Below are positions 1 to 12,900 of a stretch of 64,000 nt of DNA, piece by piece. The number at the start of each line of letters is the position of its first letter. The first letter of the stretch is position 1. Source of the stretch: Epiperipatus broadwayi. Its lineage: Eukaryota > Animalia > Onychophora. The position numbers and the translations under genes were made by a program. The stretch spans positions 6,758,001 to 6,822,000 of the forward strand of contig JAQFVV010000001.1 in the NCBI GenBank assembly GCA_028023455.1, given 5' to 3'. The notes under the pieces are model-generated. The model was not told the origin of the DNA and did not search any database. It saw only the letters and a program-made list of their open reading frames with translations.

Positions 1-99
1 CCAAAAGTTCGCAGTCAAACCGGCGTCAATCCATCTGATACATTTATGTATTCAATGTAGCATGAAAATACAACAGCACATATATACTATACTGTCAGG

Positions 100-1029
100 A
101 ATGGACATCTGAACAGTATAGTTAGAGAAGACATTGACTCTTGACCAATACAGGAATGTTACATCTGTATGGCAAGAAGAACAATAAAATAAAAACTCCA
201 TAGGAAGGGACCGCGATCCTTTGCCGACTTACAATCCCATCCATAGGCAAAGGGTTGGTGCAGCATATTCAGTGATTCTGCATGTAGTGAAACTCATACT
301 ACATCTACTAATTACACAAACATATCCAATTCATTGACCTAATTCAACTACGAAATGAATAACCTAAGATTACCCTCCCTTAATATAACTTTACAAAACA
401 ATATAGCCATTCACGCCTGACTTAAATTTAACATTTAGATATGTTCGCACAGATGAATTTTATAAAATTTGTTTTATAATGTTGAGTACAGATCAGCTGC
501 ATAGATTCCACAATTAAAAACATTCCAAAATAAACAACCGATCAAAATACAAAGTCATCGATAACGTAATAGCAGAGGGAATACAAGAAATCCAATAGCA
601 TTCATCATAAGATGTCACATTGACATTGACGGCCTATATATTCTAATCGAATGTGAAAACCACAACATAACTAACCACTAACAAATCCATGCAATGTCCA
701 TACCCAACTTAAATTTTATCATTTAAAATTTAAACAATAAATATTAATACAAATAAAATAATAAAATGGAAATGATTTTTTTTTAGCAAACAAATATGTA
801 AAAATTAAACATTTATAATTAATTTGAAACATAAGTCAGAGAAAAGTTCTTTTTTAAAAAATTTAGATTAACTGATCAAATCTTTAAAGTTCTTAATTAC
901 TTCAGATTTTAAAATCGTTCAGTTCAATTGCTTACGGTAGTAGATTTCCAGGTTCCTGTTAGCAATTCCCACGAAGACTTTCATGGAAGACCGGTCTGAT
1001 ATTCTGGAGGTAGCATTAGCTGGTTCCAT
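100..1029 (-). CDS. Candidate spliced host gene, 5' part (exons about 936-1029, 233-277, and from 164 leftwards); product unknown
   Basis: ATG at 1029 opens MEPANATSRISDRSSMKVFVGIANRNLEIYY, ending at a GTAAGC donor (935). A 45-nt exon is bounded by catgcAG and GTAAGT. A 68-nt intron ends in a strong pyrimidine tract (ttttattgttcttcttgccatacAG). Phases join in frame as ...YY-QSLNMLHQPFAYGWD-YVTFLYWSRVNVFSNYTVQ. CpG-containing upstream region (1050-1240) has CCAAT and TGACGTC motifs. No family recognised. Confidence 0.45.
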
Positions 1030-1699
1030 TCTGGTATCACAGTCTTTTCATTTTTAAAATAAGTGAGAGAGAATGACAAGTGCGTCTTATCGTTTGTCTC
1101 ACCAAATCAAGCTGGAAAAACTGTCAGGAACTCAATATTTTTCTTTTTATAGTAAATCTCCAGATTGAACGAACAAAGACGTCACTAATCCAAATTTTCG
1201 TTAAGGTCCGAGAGGCTTGGTGCTTCCATTGGTCAAGCTAAATTCTCTTTATTCTCTTATCTAATTTTCATCTGACTTTTTAATTACACAAGAGCCCCAA
1301 GGCTAGCTTGCTTTTCAATAATAAATAATCATTTCCATTTACAGATTACAGGAATTAATTAATACCTGTTTTTATTTTTACTTATGTTATTTCTTTATTA
1401 AAATATTTTTATATTTAAATCTTGTATTTTTTTATAAAAAAGTACATTCAAATACCTTTTTTTATTTATAAAAAAAAATATTTTTAAAGTTGTGCAGCTG
1501 TGAGAATATATATACGTTTAACAAACATTTTAATTTTAGCGTTTAGTTTTTTTAATACATTTATTTTTATTTGCGAACTTAAAAGTTTTTATTTCAAATT
1601 AATGTAACAGCATACACTATATTAATAAATATTTTTTACATGTTAATGTCCATAAAAATAATAACCAAACATTAGATGCCGACATTTTAAGTATAGGCT

Positions 1700-2400
1700 C
1701 AGACGTTATGTTAATAAGATTGGAAGAAATGAGGCTGCATTTTATACAGCTATAATTTTTCCATAATATTCTTAATTAAACAAGCCTTTTAATATCAATA
1801 CCATGAATCATCAAAATTGTTAAGGTAACAAGTCATTATCTTCAAAAGCTTCTTTGTATATAGAAATACAGATTGCTTTAATGCTCATAATAAAGTCAGA
1901 CGTCAACAATGAACTGAATGAAGTACACTGTAAATGTATATTTTACCCGCTGTAGAAAGAAGGTTTATTATTAATGGGGATTTGATTGTCAAGAAAATTT
2001 AAAGTTACCGATCAAGTGAGAAATCATGATATAAAATTGATAATTTTAAACTAATTTCACTACAGATATTGATATTGACAAGTAGCTAGTGGAGCTTTTC
2101 TGAAAAATTGCATTTAAAAATATCTGACCATGGTTGTTATTGACAATATTGGAGTGTATGGATAACAATCTTCCCTCAACCCATTCTTCAAATAACATGA
2201 ATTAACATGTAAAACAAATTATCTCTACACTAAAACAGATTTCATTTTTTATGACCTTAGTTAAAGACAACAAATTATGAAAAAGCACAATTAATGTCAA
2301 CTCTGATGGTATTTTGATTGTGCCAAGACTAGAGAGATAAACTCCCATGTTCTTGAAATGAAAAATAATTACATGGTATTGACAGCAATAAAACACATCA
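1700..2400 (-). mobile_element. Highly decayed LINE reverse transcriptase (RT) fragment
   Basis: Minus-strand frames give remnants resembling RT motifs (YPYTPILS; QFFRKAP like QFGFRKG; IMEKL*LYKM). Many stops. Confidence 0.35.
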
Positions 2401-3149
2401 CAGCGAAGTCTCTCATCTACCCCAAAAATTTTGTTTACCTAGGAAACAAACTGAGCATATTCTAAGATCAAAAACGGAAATCCTCTGTGTATTAATATTT
2501 CAATACTTGTAACTGTACTCAGGATACAATTTTATAGTAATATACATCTTAAATTTCCTGGATTTATATTGATTATTGATACAATGCATTCTAATTATGG
2601 TATAACTTTTTATTTCAAACTATTTTCTAAAGCAAATAATTTCTGAAAATAGTTCAAATGATATTACAATAATTATTTGGATCGGTAATTTTTATGTATA
2701 TAATATTTATAACCTTTCCAATATAAACTTGTTCTATATTTCTTATCTTGTATATTTACAGAAGATTTCTTTTAGTAGTCTTTGGGGATATCTAAAATAA
2801 AAACTAAGTTAATTGTGAACTTTTAGAATTGATATATTCAAATAACATGCACTTAAGTTACAAGGTCAAATTAAAATGAATATTTTATTCAAGAAGTTGG
2901 TGATCAGAAGCAAATCCTGATTTATGTTTTGTTTCGATAAAAAAAATTTGTTTATCATTATCTGATGAACGACTGATGTTATATCGTTTTTCCCCCTAGT
3001 CAACATAAACAAAGTTTAATCACTTAATTGGACGTTTTGGAATTTAAGGACAGCTAACTAAAGTCCATATGCTAGATATCTTGAATAAAATAAAAAAAAA
3101 AAGTTCAATTTTCTCTTGCCAGGATAGCTTTACCAACTGCTAAAAAGTC

Positions 3150-5250
3150 TAATCTTCATGGGGATATTAAAAGCAATTCATTCCAGGTTGAATTATCAGT
3201 GTCCTTTAGAGCCACTTTTTGTCTACCAAAAACCCAAAATTTTCTGACAAATTTATAAAAATTACTAGATAGTGCCAGAACTGAAAGATCATTTAGAAGT
3301 AAAAATTGACATCAACCAGTGAGGCCTCATCACTTATATGTAAGCCTGGTCGATATAGAAATGTTCCTAAAATAAATACTACTGTCACTACTAATGAGCT
3401 TGGCAATCTTACATATCAGATTTCTAAACTCAATTAATAAAATGAGAAAACTATATGAAGGCAGGATTAAAAATTTCTTTTTCACACCATTCCTTTAATA
3501 TCAATCTGAAAATCACTAAATGTTTGAAAATTTGAATTTTCTTTTAAAAAAGGTCTGAAAATCAGATAGCATACTTTTAATGTTTCTAAAATATTCAGGA
3601 CCTAAGTCCAAAGCATAGTTGATAACATTATTCAATAATGTTATTCATACATAACTATTCTACAAAACTGGCATAAAAGAATTAGTATAACAATCTTTGA
3701 CCAGATAACCCCAGAATTAATCCAAGAAATTTTCATCCAACATCATTATTATAATTTCCTTTTTTATAAAAATCTTTATATTTTTGTACAATGTTTACAT
3801 AACACCCATCAACATCAACAGTTTCGATTGCCCCTGCAATCTTCTTCAGAACTTTTTAAAAACTTCTTTATCTTCCACCTTTCATTTTCTGTTTCAGTTA
3901 AACCGTCTAAAAAAGAATATTAATAATTTTGTCAATAATTGTGACCCAATTACTTATAGAACAGACAGGGCTTAGCTCAGGAAAAAGATGCTGTAAAAAA
4001 AATTATTTTCGATTCACATTTTAAAAGTCTTTCAAAACCAAATTGAAGAAATGATGCTACCTTTATTGATCTAATTTCAGTTTATGACTCTGTTTAAAAA
4101 AATAGCCTTTTAACAGTTTCTAACAATTTTAAATGCAGGTAAGCCATTAGTTTGCTTAAAAAATACTCTCCGATAAAAAAATTCAAATTACACTAAATGA
4201 CAATAGTAGTATTACACATAAAATTTTACAGAATAATTCATTACAAAGTATTCTGAAAAAAAAGTTCAATTCTCTTATTTAATAGGTTTATTAATGATCG
4301 TCTACAAACAGAGTACAAAAATTGAACTATATTTGATTCTCAAAAAAAGATATTTTTCTGAAGTTGGAAAGTTTTTCAATAAGAATATAAAAAACAATAC
4401 AATCTAAACAAGTGAAGACAGTATTCTCAATTTTTCAAATAAACAAGCTTGAAATTTAAATATAAACTTTTGCAATAATAGACTGAAATACAGTTTTAAC
4501 CATGTTATTTAGAAGTAACCTTGGAAGTAGCCAAACTTAGGGATTTCTCATTTATCTATAGGTAAATCAAAATTAATTTCTATGAATAATATTTTTGGAA
4601 ACATGGATGGTAATATTTTTGGAGTTGTTATCGACAACTTTTTTAGCACTAGTATATTCTGCTGTTAAAGACTATATCCTTAGTTAGATAAAAAGTTCTT
4701 TAGCTAATTTTTTTAGATATTTATCAAATATTACGATGAAAAATATCACTGGCCTACTCATGTCTATCTCATTGAAATGGCTAACCGCTTTTTCAAATAT
4801 TTCTCTCCTGATGTCAAAAAAAGAAATTATTTCATTGAAAATATATAAAAAGATGTTAAGCCTATCGGACTTTCCAATAATTCAAAATATGTTTTCATTA
4901 CCTAAGACTAGTCTCAAATCAAAATCTCTTCTTTGAATATTCAACCTAGAATCTATCGTCAAAGAATTACAATAAAAATGAAATTCTTACAGATACCAAA
5001 CAAATTTATTCTTCAAATCCAACAATAAAGTTATCTGGATTTGACTTCCCGAAGACAACCGGAGCTTTATCAATAGATTCAGTACATTACACTTAGATAA
5101 TTGCAATTGCTCTATATAGATAAGATTTTACAAATCATGTACCATATAGTTGATGACTGTCGAATCTATGACCATAATGGTAGAATTGACTGATTAAATA
5201 GTGATTCTATCTCCTAGCTGGAATCTCTACCGATTCTTTTATGATATTTT
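3150..5250 (-). mobile_element. Decayed CR1/L2-like LINE ORF2 (endonuclease-RT) relic
   Basis: Collinear degenerate motifs on the minus strand: QHLFLS (like QHGF, about 3990), LKKIAGAI (like KLxAYGI), INSGVIWS (like SGVPQGS, about 3710), EWCEKEIFNP (like WCxxWxMxFNP, about 3480), VMRPHW (like LVRPHLE, about 3330). Many stops and frameshifts. Confidence 0.6.
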
Positions 5251-7049
5251 GTTAATAATTATGCTTTCAAAAATCTCCACACTAAATAAGTAAATAAAGT
5301 GAAAATGTTTAGATTTACAAAAATTTCATAATGTTGATTTCGTGTGTATCTAAGATCATTATATGAAAAGGCTAAATTATTAATAATTAAATAATGTTTG
5401 TGAGAAGTCATATCAAACCTATTGCACAAAAAAGTAATATAATAGAAATTTGTTTATGTTGCATACCCAGAAAATATTTAATTTGCATAAAATATAAATC
5501 CAGGTAAGAACATACAATTTTCAAGCTAAGCAATTCCAATACGTAGCAACTCAAAGCAAAAATTTTGCCGCTGTACTTTTGACATTTTTATAACCTTCTA
5601 TTAGGAGGCGTAACTCCACAGAATTATTCTAATTACAAAATCTATAAATTTATCATGAACAACAATGCAAAGTCTACTCAAATTACGCAATCTGAAAAAT
5701 ATGAAAATACAAAAGCTAGAATTGTTCAATCGATGACAACATTAGAACAAATTATTTTTTTTTATTAAGGAAATATTTATTGGAATACAGATTCTACAGA
5801 TTATTTATTTAGTTAGGAAAATCAGCGAACCAGCAATTTTTTGAATTTTTAAATTAAGTATTGCTATATATTCAAAAATCATAAAATCATTGACTAAACT
5901 ATTAAACGTAAATGAAAATCGTAGTACTCTCTAAATTTTAATAGTGAAGACTTATAAGAGTTTATACATGATTGATAGAAATAATAAGATACCTTTACAA
6001 AAAAATGTATAGTACTTACTGTTGAAGTATTATTGGAATGCTTTGAATCTCAACGGTTTAAATACTTGAATCATGTAATTCAAATTCACTACAACTAAAG
6101 CTAATTTAAAGTTTATTTACAAAGCAAAAATTGTTTGCTCAATATGAGAGAAGCATAAATGATTCATTACCTTTGATAGCATGCTAACAACATGAGGTAA
6201 GATTGGTCAGGATTGATAGAAGTTTGGTCAAATGAAATCTGGAAAACATACCTTAAAAATCACAGATTCCAATTCTTTTTAATTTATTAGATGAACATTT
6301 TTACTCAAAAATATATGAGTTTGAATGTTGCCCATTTTATTGTACTAACCATGCAAAATAGGAAGGAACCCTAAAGGCTTATTGCACAAAACAAAAATAG
6401 ATTTATTGAACAATGCCATTTATATTCAACAGTTCTCTCTTTGTAAATTATGAAGCTAGTATATTTCACTGCATGAATATCCCTATAAAAACATTTTTGT
6501 TATTAAATGCAAAAATCGTATTGTACATGTCCAAGACAAATTTATCCAAGTAAAGATCACGTACAAGCACTTTATTTTCATTTTTAACGACAATAATCAA
6601 AATATTTAGAAAAGAGACTAGTTTAAAATGTCTAACAGTCTTGTTAATCATTTCAATGAATCATAGATATTTAGTTAATTACACTCAAATAATTACTAAA
6701 TATTTTTAATTTCTAACTAATCTCAACAATATATAGCACATAATTATAATTTGCAGCTAAATGAATAGATAATATTAATGAATGAACTAACTTCAAGACT
6801 TTTAAGTTTGTAAAAAAATTTATATTTCAACTATAAACGATTCCCCTTTCATTATAAACCTAAACTCTGCTGAAAATTTAAACATTAATCTTAGTATATA
6901 TAGTATGAATGAGCAATTCCTTCGTTAATAAGAGCTTATGTAATACATTTTATACACTTGTGAATATTCAAGAGCAACCGAAAGAATTTTAAATTCTATT
7001 TATAAATAATAAAAATTGCAATTATATAATAGTTCTATTCATTAAAGAA

Positions 7050-7700
7050 GAATATATTTCATCTTTACTCATTAAAATCATTGAGAGTTAATAGTTTAAA
7101 ATCTAGGTGATAGGATTAAAAAGCTCATTGAGATGGATATTAGTGAAGCTTTTTTTTATTACTGCAGTAAATTGTTCCAAAAGAAGAGTAGTGGAAATCC
7201 ACTTTTCTGAAGATAAAGATAAGTTGCTTTTGATATTGTTTCTAAAAGTCAGTTACTGATAAACTTTTATGCATTAGTTTCAAATCCAAATCTTCTTGAA
7301 CCTTAGTAAGTTCTTTCGCGCAAGACGAAATCTATCTCCAACAACATCCTGATAAAATATACAATAACAGGACATCCATCTTTGATCTCATCAATCACCC
7401 AGGGATTCACAATAAATTCAAAACATGGCCTTAACCTTTTTAATTCGTCATCCTCTTCTCAAAATCAAAAGGATTACTAAGTTTTCCTTGTCTTGTTTCA
7501 GTTTATTGTCTTTATTATCATATGTCTTTGAAAAAGTTTTATTTTATTCTGAAAAATAAATGGTCAAGTTCTCTAATATTTTTGTTTTTTCTTGAAGTCA
7601 TAGGTTTAAATATTAAAAGTACTGCATTATATCTGCAAAGAACATCAGATCTTGTACTTATACATCATCTCTAATTATATTTTTATTTAAATGTTATTGG
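7050..7700 (-). mobile_element. hAT (Buster/Charlie-like) transposase C-terminal relic
   Basis: Minus-strand peptides DLMFFADIMQYF-YLNL-LQEKTKIL, CFEFIVNPW, ELTKVQEDLDLKL and SSFGTIYC match from memory the Buster-family pattern DLAFLVDITxHLNxLNxxLQG ... FxxNPF ... ELIELQ ... FGSTYLCE. Disrupted. Confidence 0.7.
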
Positions 7701-8355
7701 TCCAAAAAAACAACAAACATATTAATAGACATATTACAACTTACAATAAGTACAATATGATTCATAATCCCTTTCCTATTTTTTAATGCAAATATAGGTT
7801 CTGCAAGTACTTTTTCCCCCCAATCTTAAATTATAATTCCTTTCCTAATATTTATTATATCTTGCAGTTAATTGATTAGGTTAATGATGTCTATGCACCT
7901 TACGCATATTATTGTGATTGTAGCTTATGTGTGTGGATATTCATGAGTTTGAGGTGCAATATCTTTAGAAGAAAACTTTTTATACAAATTCTCTGTCTGA
8001 TCAACTAAAATCATCATCAATTTTAATGATATGCCAAGTATGTGTAACACAGTAAAATGTACTAATTCTACAGACGGGATCAATCAAATGAATTACAAAA
8101 AAATTGCGCTATCACATCATTAAGCAACACAACTCAAATATAACCACATATATATTCAAGAAAATGCAAGTTATACCTTAGCCATAAGTCTAGTCATACA
8201 AAATAAAATAAACTGTAAATCCTTTTATAGAAGTACATGCAAAAAGTAAAATTAACTCTATAATGCAAATAACTTTAGCATTAATACAATAAGGGCAAGT
8301 TATCTGCTAAAATAGTTAAATCTATGAACCTCACTTTTCCAGATCATATAAATAG

Positions 8356-8924
8356 ATATGTTAATTCTATATTTTGTATTAATATAAATACACACTTAAA
8401 GTGTAAGATATATAAACAATATTTATATATTAAATAGACAATCACCGACTTAACAAATGATAAATTTTATACTCTAGCGCTTTCGAAGGTCTAAGCTTTC
8501 ATTTTCAAAGAAGTAGCTGGAATCCGAAGATGCAAATTAGGGTGGACTAGATTTTTGTTGACCTAAGACGCCATTGCATGCCAGACAAACCTCTCATGGT
8601 GTGCAGAGAGCAGTATGAGTTGCCAAGGAGGATCAAAGAGGCATATTATATCATCTCTGACGTCCACGCTATGAATAAAAAAGAAACATTTTACGCCATC
8701 TCTAGGAAGTGGCAAATCTAGGTCAACAAAATCTAGTCCACCCTAATTTGCATATCTCACATCTTCGAATTCCAGCTATTTCTTTGAAAATGAAGGCTTA
8801 GACCTTCGTATAAAATTTATCACTTGTTAAGTAGGTGATTGTCTATTTAATATAGACATATTATTTATATATCTTATAGTTTACATGTGTATTTATATTA
8901 ACACAAAATATAGATTTTACATAT
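8356..8924 (+). mobile_element. Penelope-like element 3' fragment (GIY-YIG C-terminus plus pseudo-LTR) with an inverted pLTR copy on its 5' side
   Basis: 8569-8721 reads RHCMPDKPLMVCREQYELPRRIKEAYYIISDVHAMNKKETFYAISRKWQI*, matching the PLE endonuclease tail (RxxKEAxYI...MN...W). Segment about 8356-8565 is the reverse complement of about 8718-8924. Confidence 0.85.
8470..8516 (-). ncRNA. Type I minimal hammerhead ribozyme, U3-A8 core variant, in the PLE pLTR
   Basis: Minus strand: cuacuucu UUGAAAA u GAAAG cuuaga CCUUC GAAA GCGC U A gagua. Stem II is a perfect GAAGG/CCUUC in the sister arm (8792-8807). Stem III is the palindrome AGCGCU; the cleavage triplet is CUA; stem I is imperfect. The plus-strand arm has lost 12 nt including GAAA-stem III. 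Confidence 0.6.
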
Positions 8925-10232
8925 ATTTAAATTAACACATAGTTGAACGTTAAATATTATAAATAGGTATGGTTAATCGAATTCTTAACAATGATTACAT
9001 TATAATTTATATTGGTGCATAATGCAAATACATAGAGAATCTTGCGTTCGATTCCTTAAAATCCATCTGCAAATACTCAATAACACCCAATTTTCCCATA
9101 TAAAGCACTAGCAATACAATATAAATTATCATTATTTATAGGAATTTTCATTTATTCAATTCTTTTTTTTTCATTGATTTTTTCACTTTTAAAATGGCTA
9201 GCTAAGAAGTTGCAAATATTCACATAACTTTTTCAGAATTAACCAATTGATTTGTTTTCAAAAGCATGCTCTTCGAGAAATCTAAAAACTCTTCGCTAAT
9301 GTGTATATATATATTAAATAAAATCTATTTTTGGTAATCAATTAAAACCTAAGTAATTTCTAATATATATATATATATTGAAACAGTATGATTTGGTCAT
9401 CATACGTTTCACCTACGATATAAAATAGTAGTCTTCATTTCCCTAATTCAAACCCTAGAGGTACACATATATATAATAATATACTTGGCAATTTAACATA
9501 TATAAAAGTATATTTACGCATAAATATGCATGTAATTGTATATGCACACATATCCGCTATGATTGTATACACATTTTGTAATATTTTTATTTGCTAAAAA
9601 TTGTATATTCACATCTGATTGATATTATCATTATATAATGTACACACCTTATAATTTTATAGATATTTATCTTATGATTTTAAATAATTAAATTGTTTTT
9701 AAGCTGTGGAAATTGTATTATATAAGAACAGAATTCTCTAAATTATTTCAAACCGTCTTTAAAGTTACCCAATTACTGAATTACTTAATCACGTATAGCA
9801 ATTAAAAACAAATGTAGATTTCTCACATGTATGTTAAAATGTTTGCAGCTTAAACCTCTTTCAAGAAAAGAAAAAGAGAAGAAATTCAATGTTTAAAGTA
9901 AAAAGAACTTTGTCAATCTTATGAGACACCGCCTGTATAAATCCAGACTCTATGATTTTTAATAAAATAAAAATTGGACAATTAAACCTGCAATAAAATC
10001 CAGCTGAACTTGAATCTGGTGAAATAAAAAAGGAACAATTAGTAAACATTAAACTTGAAATCAATCTAACTGATTCATTTGAAGTGGATGAAATTAAGAC
10101 TTCTTAAGTTTTAAAGTCCAAAAATAAAGATTGTGAATGAACTGTAAGAGGGAGGTTTAAAGAATTATAAAAAGGCCAATTGAAAAGAAATCGTCATTCA
10201 TTTTGCTTTTACTCTCATGTTAACCTTTACCC

Positions 10233-10682
10233 AGGCAGTTTGCCTAGTTTTTGACATGGAAACCAGCGGCTAGAGAAGCAAAGGCCACCTTCCTACCCTA
10301 TGCCTGCGGGCACCATGGCACCCACAGACCATTTTACATGTGCCCGCCGCTATCCGAACATGATAAAAAAAATTATTTATCTGATACAAGTAAATTTAAT
10401 TTTTAAAATTTCTTATAAATTATTGTATTATATTGTAATCAAACTGTAGGGCATACTATACTTTTACAGCATAAAAATATAAACGTTAATTATATGTTAA
10501 AACTTTATTTTTGAAATAAATATTTTTTTGTACATTATGTGTATTATTAACAATATCCGACTATAAATTAATACTGAAAAAATAAATGGTTCCCGCCACC
10601 TGGTCTAAAAAATAAATGGTACCTGCCACCTGGCCGGTATTATAGAATGTGCTCTTAAGTGCAAAAAGGTTGGGGATCCCTG
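10233..10682. mobile_element. Probable hAT-derived non-autonomous element relic
   Basis: GC-rich island ending in caaaaaggttggggatccctg (reverse complement CAGGGATCCCCAACCTTTTTG), typical of hAT MITE termini. Left terminus is degenerate and no TSD was found. Confidence 0.4.
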
Positions 10683-11276
10683 GAATATGCAGTATATTAA
10701 ATTATTATTGTTTGTGTTTTGTCAATATTAAATAATTTTAAAACATATTAACGTCTGCAGTATTATTCACTTTGTTTATATTAAATCACCATCCATAACT
10801 ATTAATATATATATTAGATAATCAGCCATAAGTGGTGTGAGTGTGTTTGGTTAAGTTATGAAACATTTAGTTAATTATTCCTGAGTCACTCGCTTTACCC
10901 TTTGCTACTGCCAGCATGGAAATTAAGAGATTACGGGTGTGACCTCATATATGTCATTCATAAGGTAGTAAGTCAGGGAGGGTTGGTGAAGGAACTGAGG
11001 TATGGTCGGATTTGGTCTCAAACCCTCATCTAGATCAGCCTTGGTATAATTTATCAAAACTCTGGATTTTGTTGCATGAATGTTTAAATATGACTGTTAC
11101 AATATATATATATATATATATATAGTCAAAATAAGAGTCATAGATCAATTCATAGATCACATGACCCTATCTCTTAAGCTTGTAAGTTATAAACAGTGAG
11201 GATTGCCAATTCCTCTACAACCTTTATGATAAATGCTTTAGCACTTAAAATATCTCTGTCAGGAACCCCTCCCCAA

Positions 11277-11319
11277 ACCCCTGACCATGGTTTTGTGCTT
11301 TGGCACTCCTCAGAGAGGT
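11277..11319 (-). ncRNA. Family A HHR copy 1 (G12 to A, probably inactive)
   Basis: Reverse complement: ACCUCU CUGAGGA GUGC CAAA GCAC AAAA CC AU GGU C AGGGGU. Confidence 0.8.
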
Positions 11320-11710
11320 GTCAGGGTAAGTTCAGACACTAGATCTAAAAATACCAACCCAAAGCTAAGCACTTAACTAAAAGTTATCTATTGAGTGGAA
11401 AATCTGAAATTTTCAGACATCTACATGGCTTCAAACCCAGCTATCCAACTCAAATAGCTATATGGGGCTGATAGATCTTCAGCCATACCATATATTAGTA
11501 GTCATAGCAATATAAAATTGCATAATACTTTTAGCAGAGACTATAAATAGTCAAAATAAGAGTCATAGATCAATTCATAGATCACATGACCCTATCTCTT
11601 AAGCTTGTAAGTTATAAACAGTGAGGATTGCCAATTCCTCTACAAGCTTTATGATAAATGCTTAGCCAGAGCCAGCACTTAAAATATCTCTGTCAGGAAC
11701 CCCTTCCTGA

Positions 11711-11753
11711 ACCCCTGACCATGGTTTCGTGCTTTGGCACTCCTCAGAGAGGT
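11711..11753 (-). ncRNA. Family A HHR copy 2 (intact core)
   Basis: Reverse complement: ACCUCU CUGAGGA GUGC CAAA GCAC GAAA CC AU GGU C AGGGGU. 6-bp stem I (one GU pair), 4-bp stem II, palindromic stem III ACCAUGGU, GUC cleavage site. Confidence 0.92.
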
Positions 11754-11840
11754 GTCAGGGTAAGTTCAGACACTAGAGCTAAAAATACCAACCCAATGCT
11801 AAGCACTTAACTAAAGGTTATCTATTGAACTTACCCTGAC

Positions 11841-11883
11841 ACCTCTCTGAGGAGTGCCAAAGCATGAAACCATGGTCAGGGGT
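11841..11883 (+). ncRNA. Family A HHR copy 3 (core intact; stem II closing pair G-U)
   Basis: acctct CTGAGGA gtgc caaa gcat GAAA ccatggt C aggggt; predicted cleavage after 11877. Confidence 0.88.
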
Positions 11884-12274
11884 TTGGGGAGGGGTTCCTG
11901 ACAGAGATATTTTAAGTGCTGGCTCTGGCTAAGCATTTATCATAAAGCTTGTAGAGGAATTGGCAATCCTCACTGTTTATAACTTACAAGCTTAAGAGAT
12001 AGGGTCATGTGATCTATGAATTGATCTATGACTCTTATTTTGACTATTTATAGTCTCTGCTAAAAGTCTTATGCAATTTTATATTGCTATGACTACTAAT
12101 ATATGGTATGGCTGAAGATCTATCAGCCCCATATAGCTATTTGAGTTGGATTGCTGGGTTTGAAGACATGTAGATGTCTGAAAATTTCAGATTTTCCACT
12201 CAATAGATAACTTATAGTTAAGTGCTTAGTTTTGGATTGGTATTTTTAGATCTAGTGTCTGAACTTACCCTGAC

Positions 12275-12317
12275 ACCTCTCTGAGGAGTGCCAAAGCACA
12301 AAACCATGGTCAGGGGT
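12275..12317 (+). ncRNA. Family A HHR copy 4 (G12 to A)
   Basis: acctct CTGAGGA gtgc caaa gcac AAAA ccatggt C aggggt. Confidence 0.8.
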
Positions 12318-12408
12318 TTGGGGAGAGGTTCCTGACAGAGATATTTTAAGTGCTGGCTCTGGCTAAGCATTTATCATAAAGCTTGTAGAGGAATTAGCAA
12401 TCCTCACT

Positions 12409-12411
<3 letters not shown>

Positions 12412-12494
<83 letters not shown>
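12412..12494. repeat. (TA)n microsatellite flanking family A
   Basis: About 41 TA units; a shorter (TA)n lies at 11102-11124. Confidence 0.98.
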
Positions 12495-12496
<2 letters not shown>

Positions 12497-12900
12497 TTTT
12501 ACTCTGGATATGTCTTTATATTTGAATTACTATTAGTGTTTGTGAAAGCAAATAACTTTCACAAGAAGGTTGTTAATATTAAATAACACATTTTAAAGAA
12601 ATAGTATATAAATTATAATAAATATGTTCCAAGATCTAGTAATAGAATAAAATATTGATCTAATTTAAACTATTCCTTATGTACCACAAAGCTAATGATG
12701 TTATTAATAATATTCTGTAATAATAGATATTCAGTAATAAAATTTAGGGTGAAGGCTGTAATAATTATAAGTCAATATGGTCATTAATCGCATATTTAAA
12801 AATGTACTCATTGCAATATACTATCTATATAGCTTAAACCACAATCCCGACTGAATATATACAATGAATTTAGGATTGCATTATCAGCCAATTTCTGTTT

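Larger units (their letters stand above)
11125..12415. mobile_element. Family A: retrozyme-like non-coding element, 434-bp monomer, two multimeric arms head-to-head, inserted in (TA)n
   Basis: Left arm 11125-11828 is about 1.6 tandem units (unit restarts at 11550; first unit has a 9-nt deletion). Right arm 11826-12415 is about 1.35 units in opposite orientation, with period 434. There is a 3-nt tga overlap at the junction and (TA)n on both flanks. Each unit carries one HHR. No ORF. Confidence 0.9.

Noticed and set aside
6170-6650. Candidate minus-strand exons with GT/AG signals
   Set aside because: Phases did not join into an open frame, and no recognisable protein was found.
11125-12415. 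Inverted arms as simple sequencing fold-back chimeras
   Set aside because: Arms differ by scattered substitutions and indels, have different permutation points, and related loci have TSDs, so an artefact is unlikely; raw reads should still be checked.
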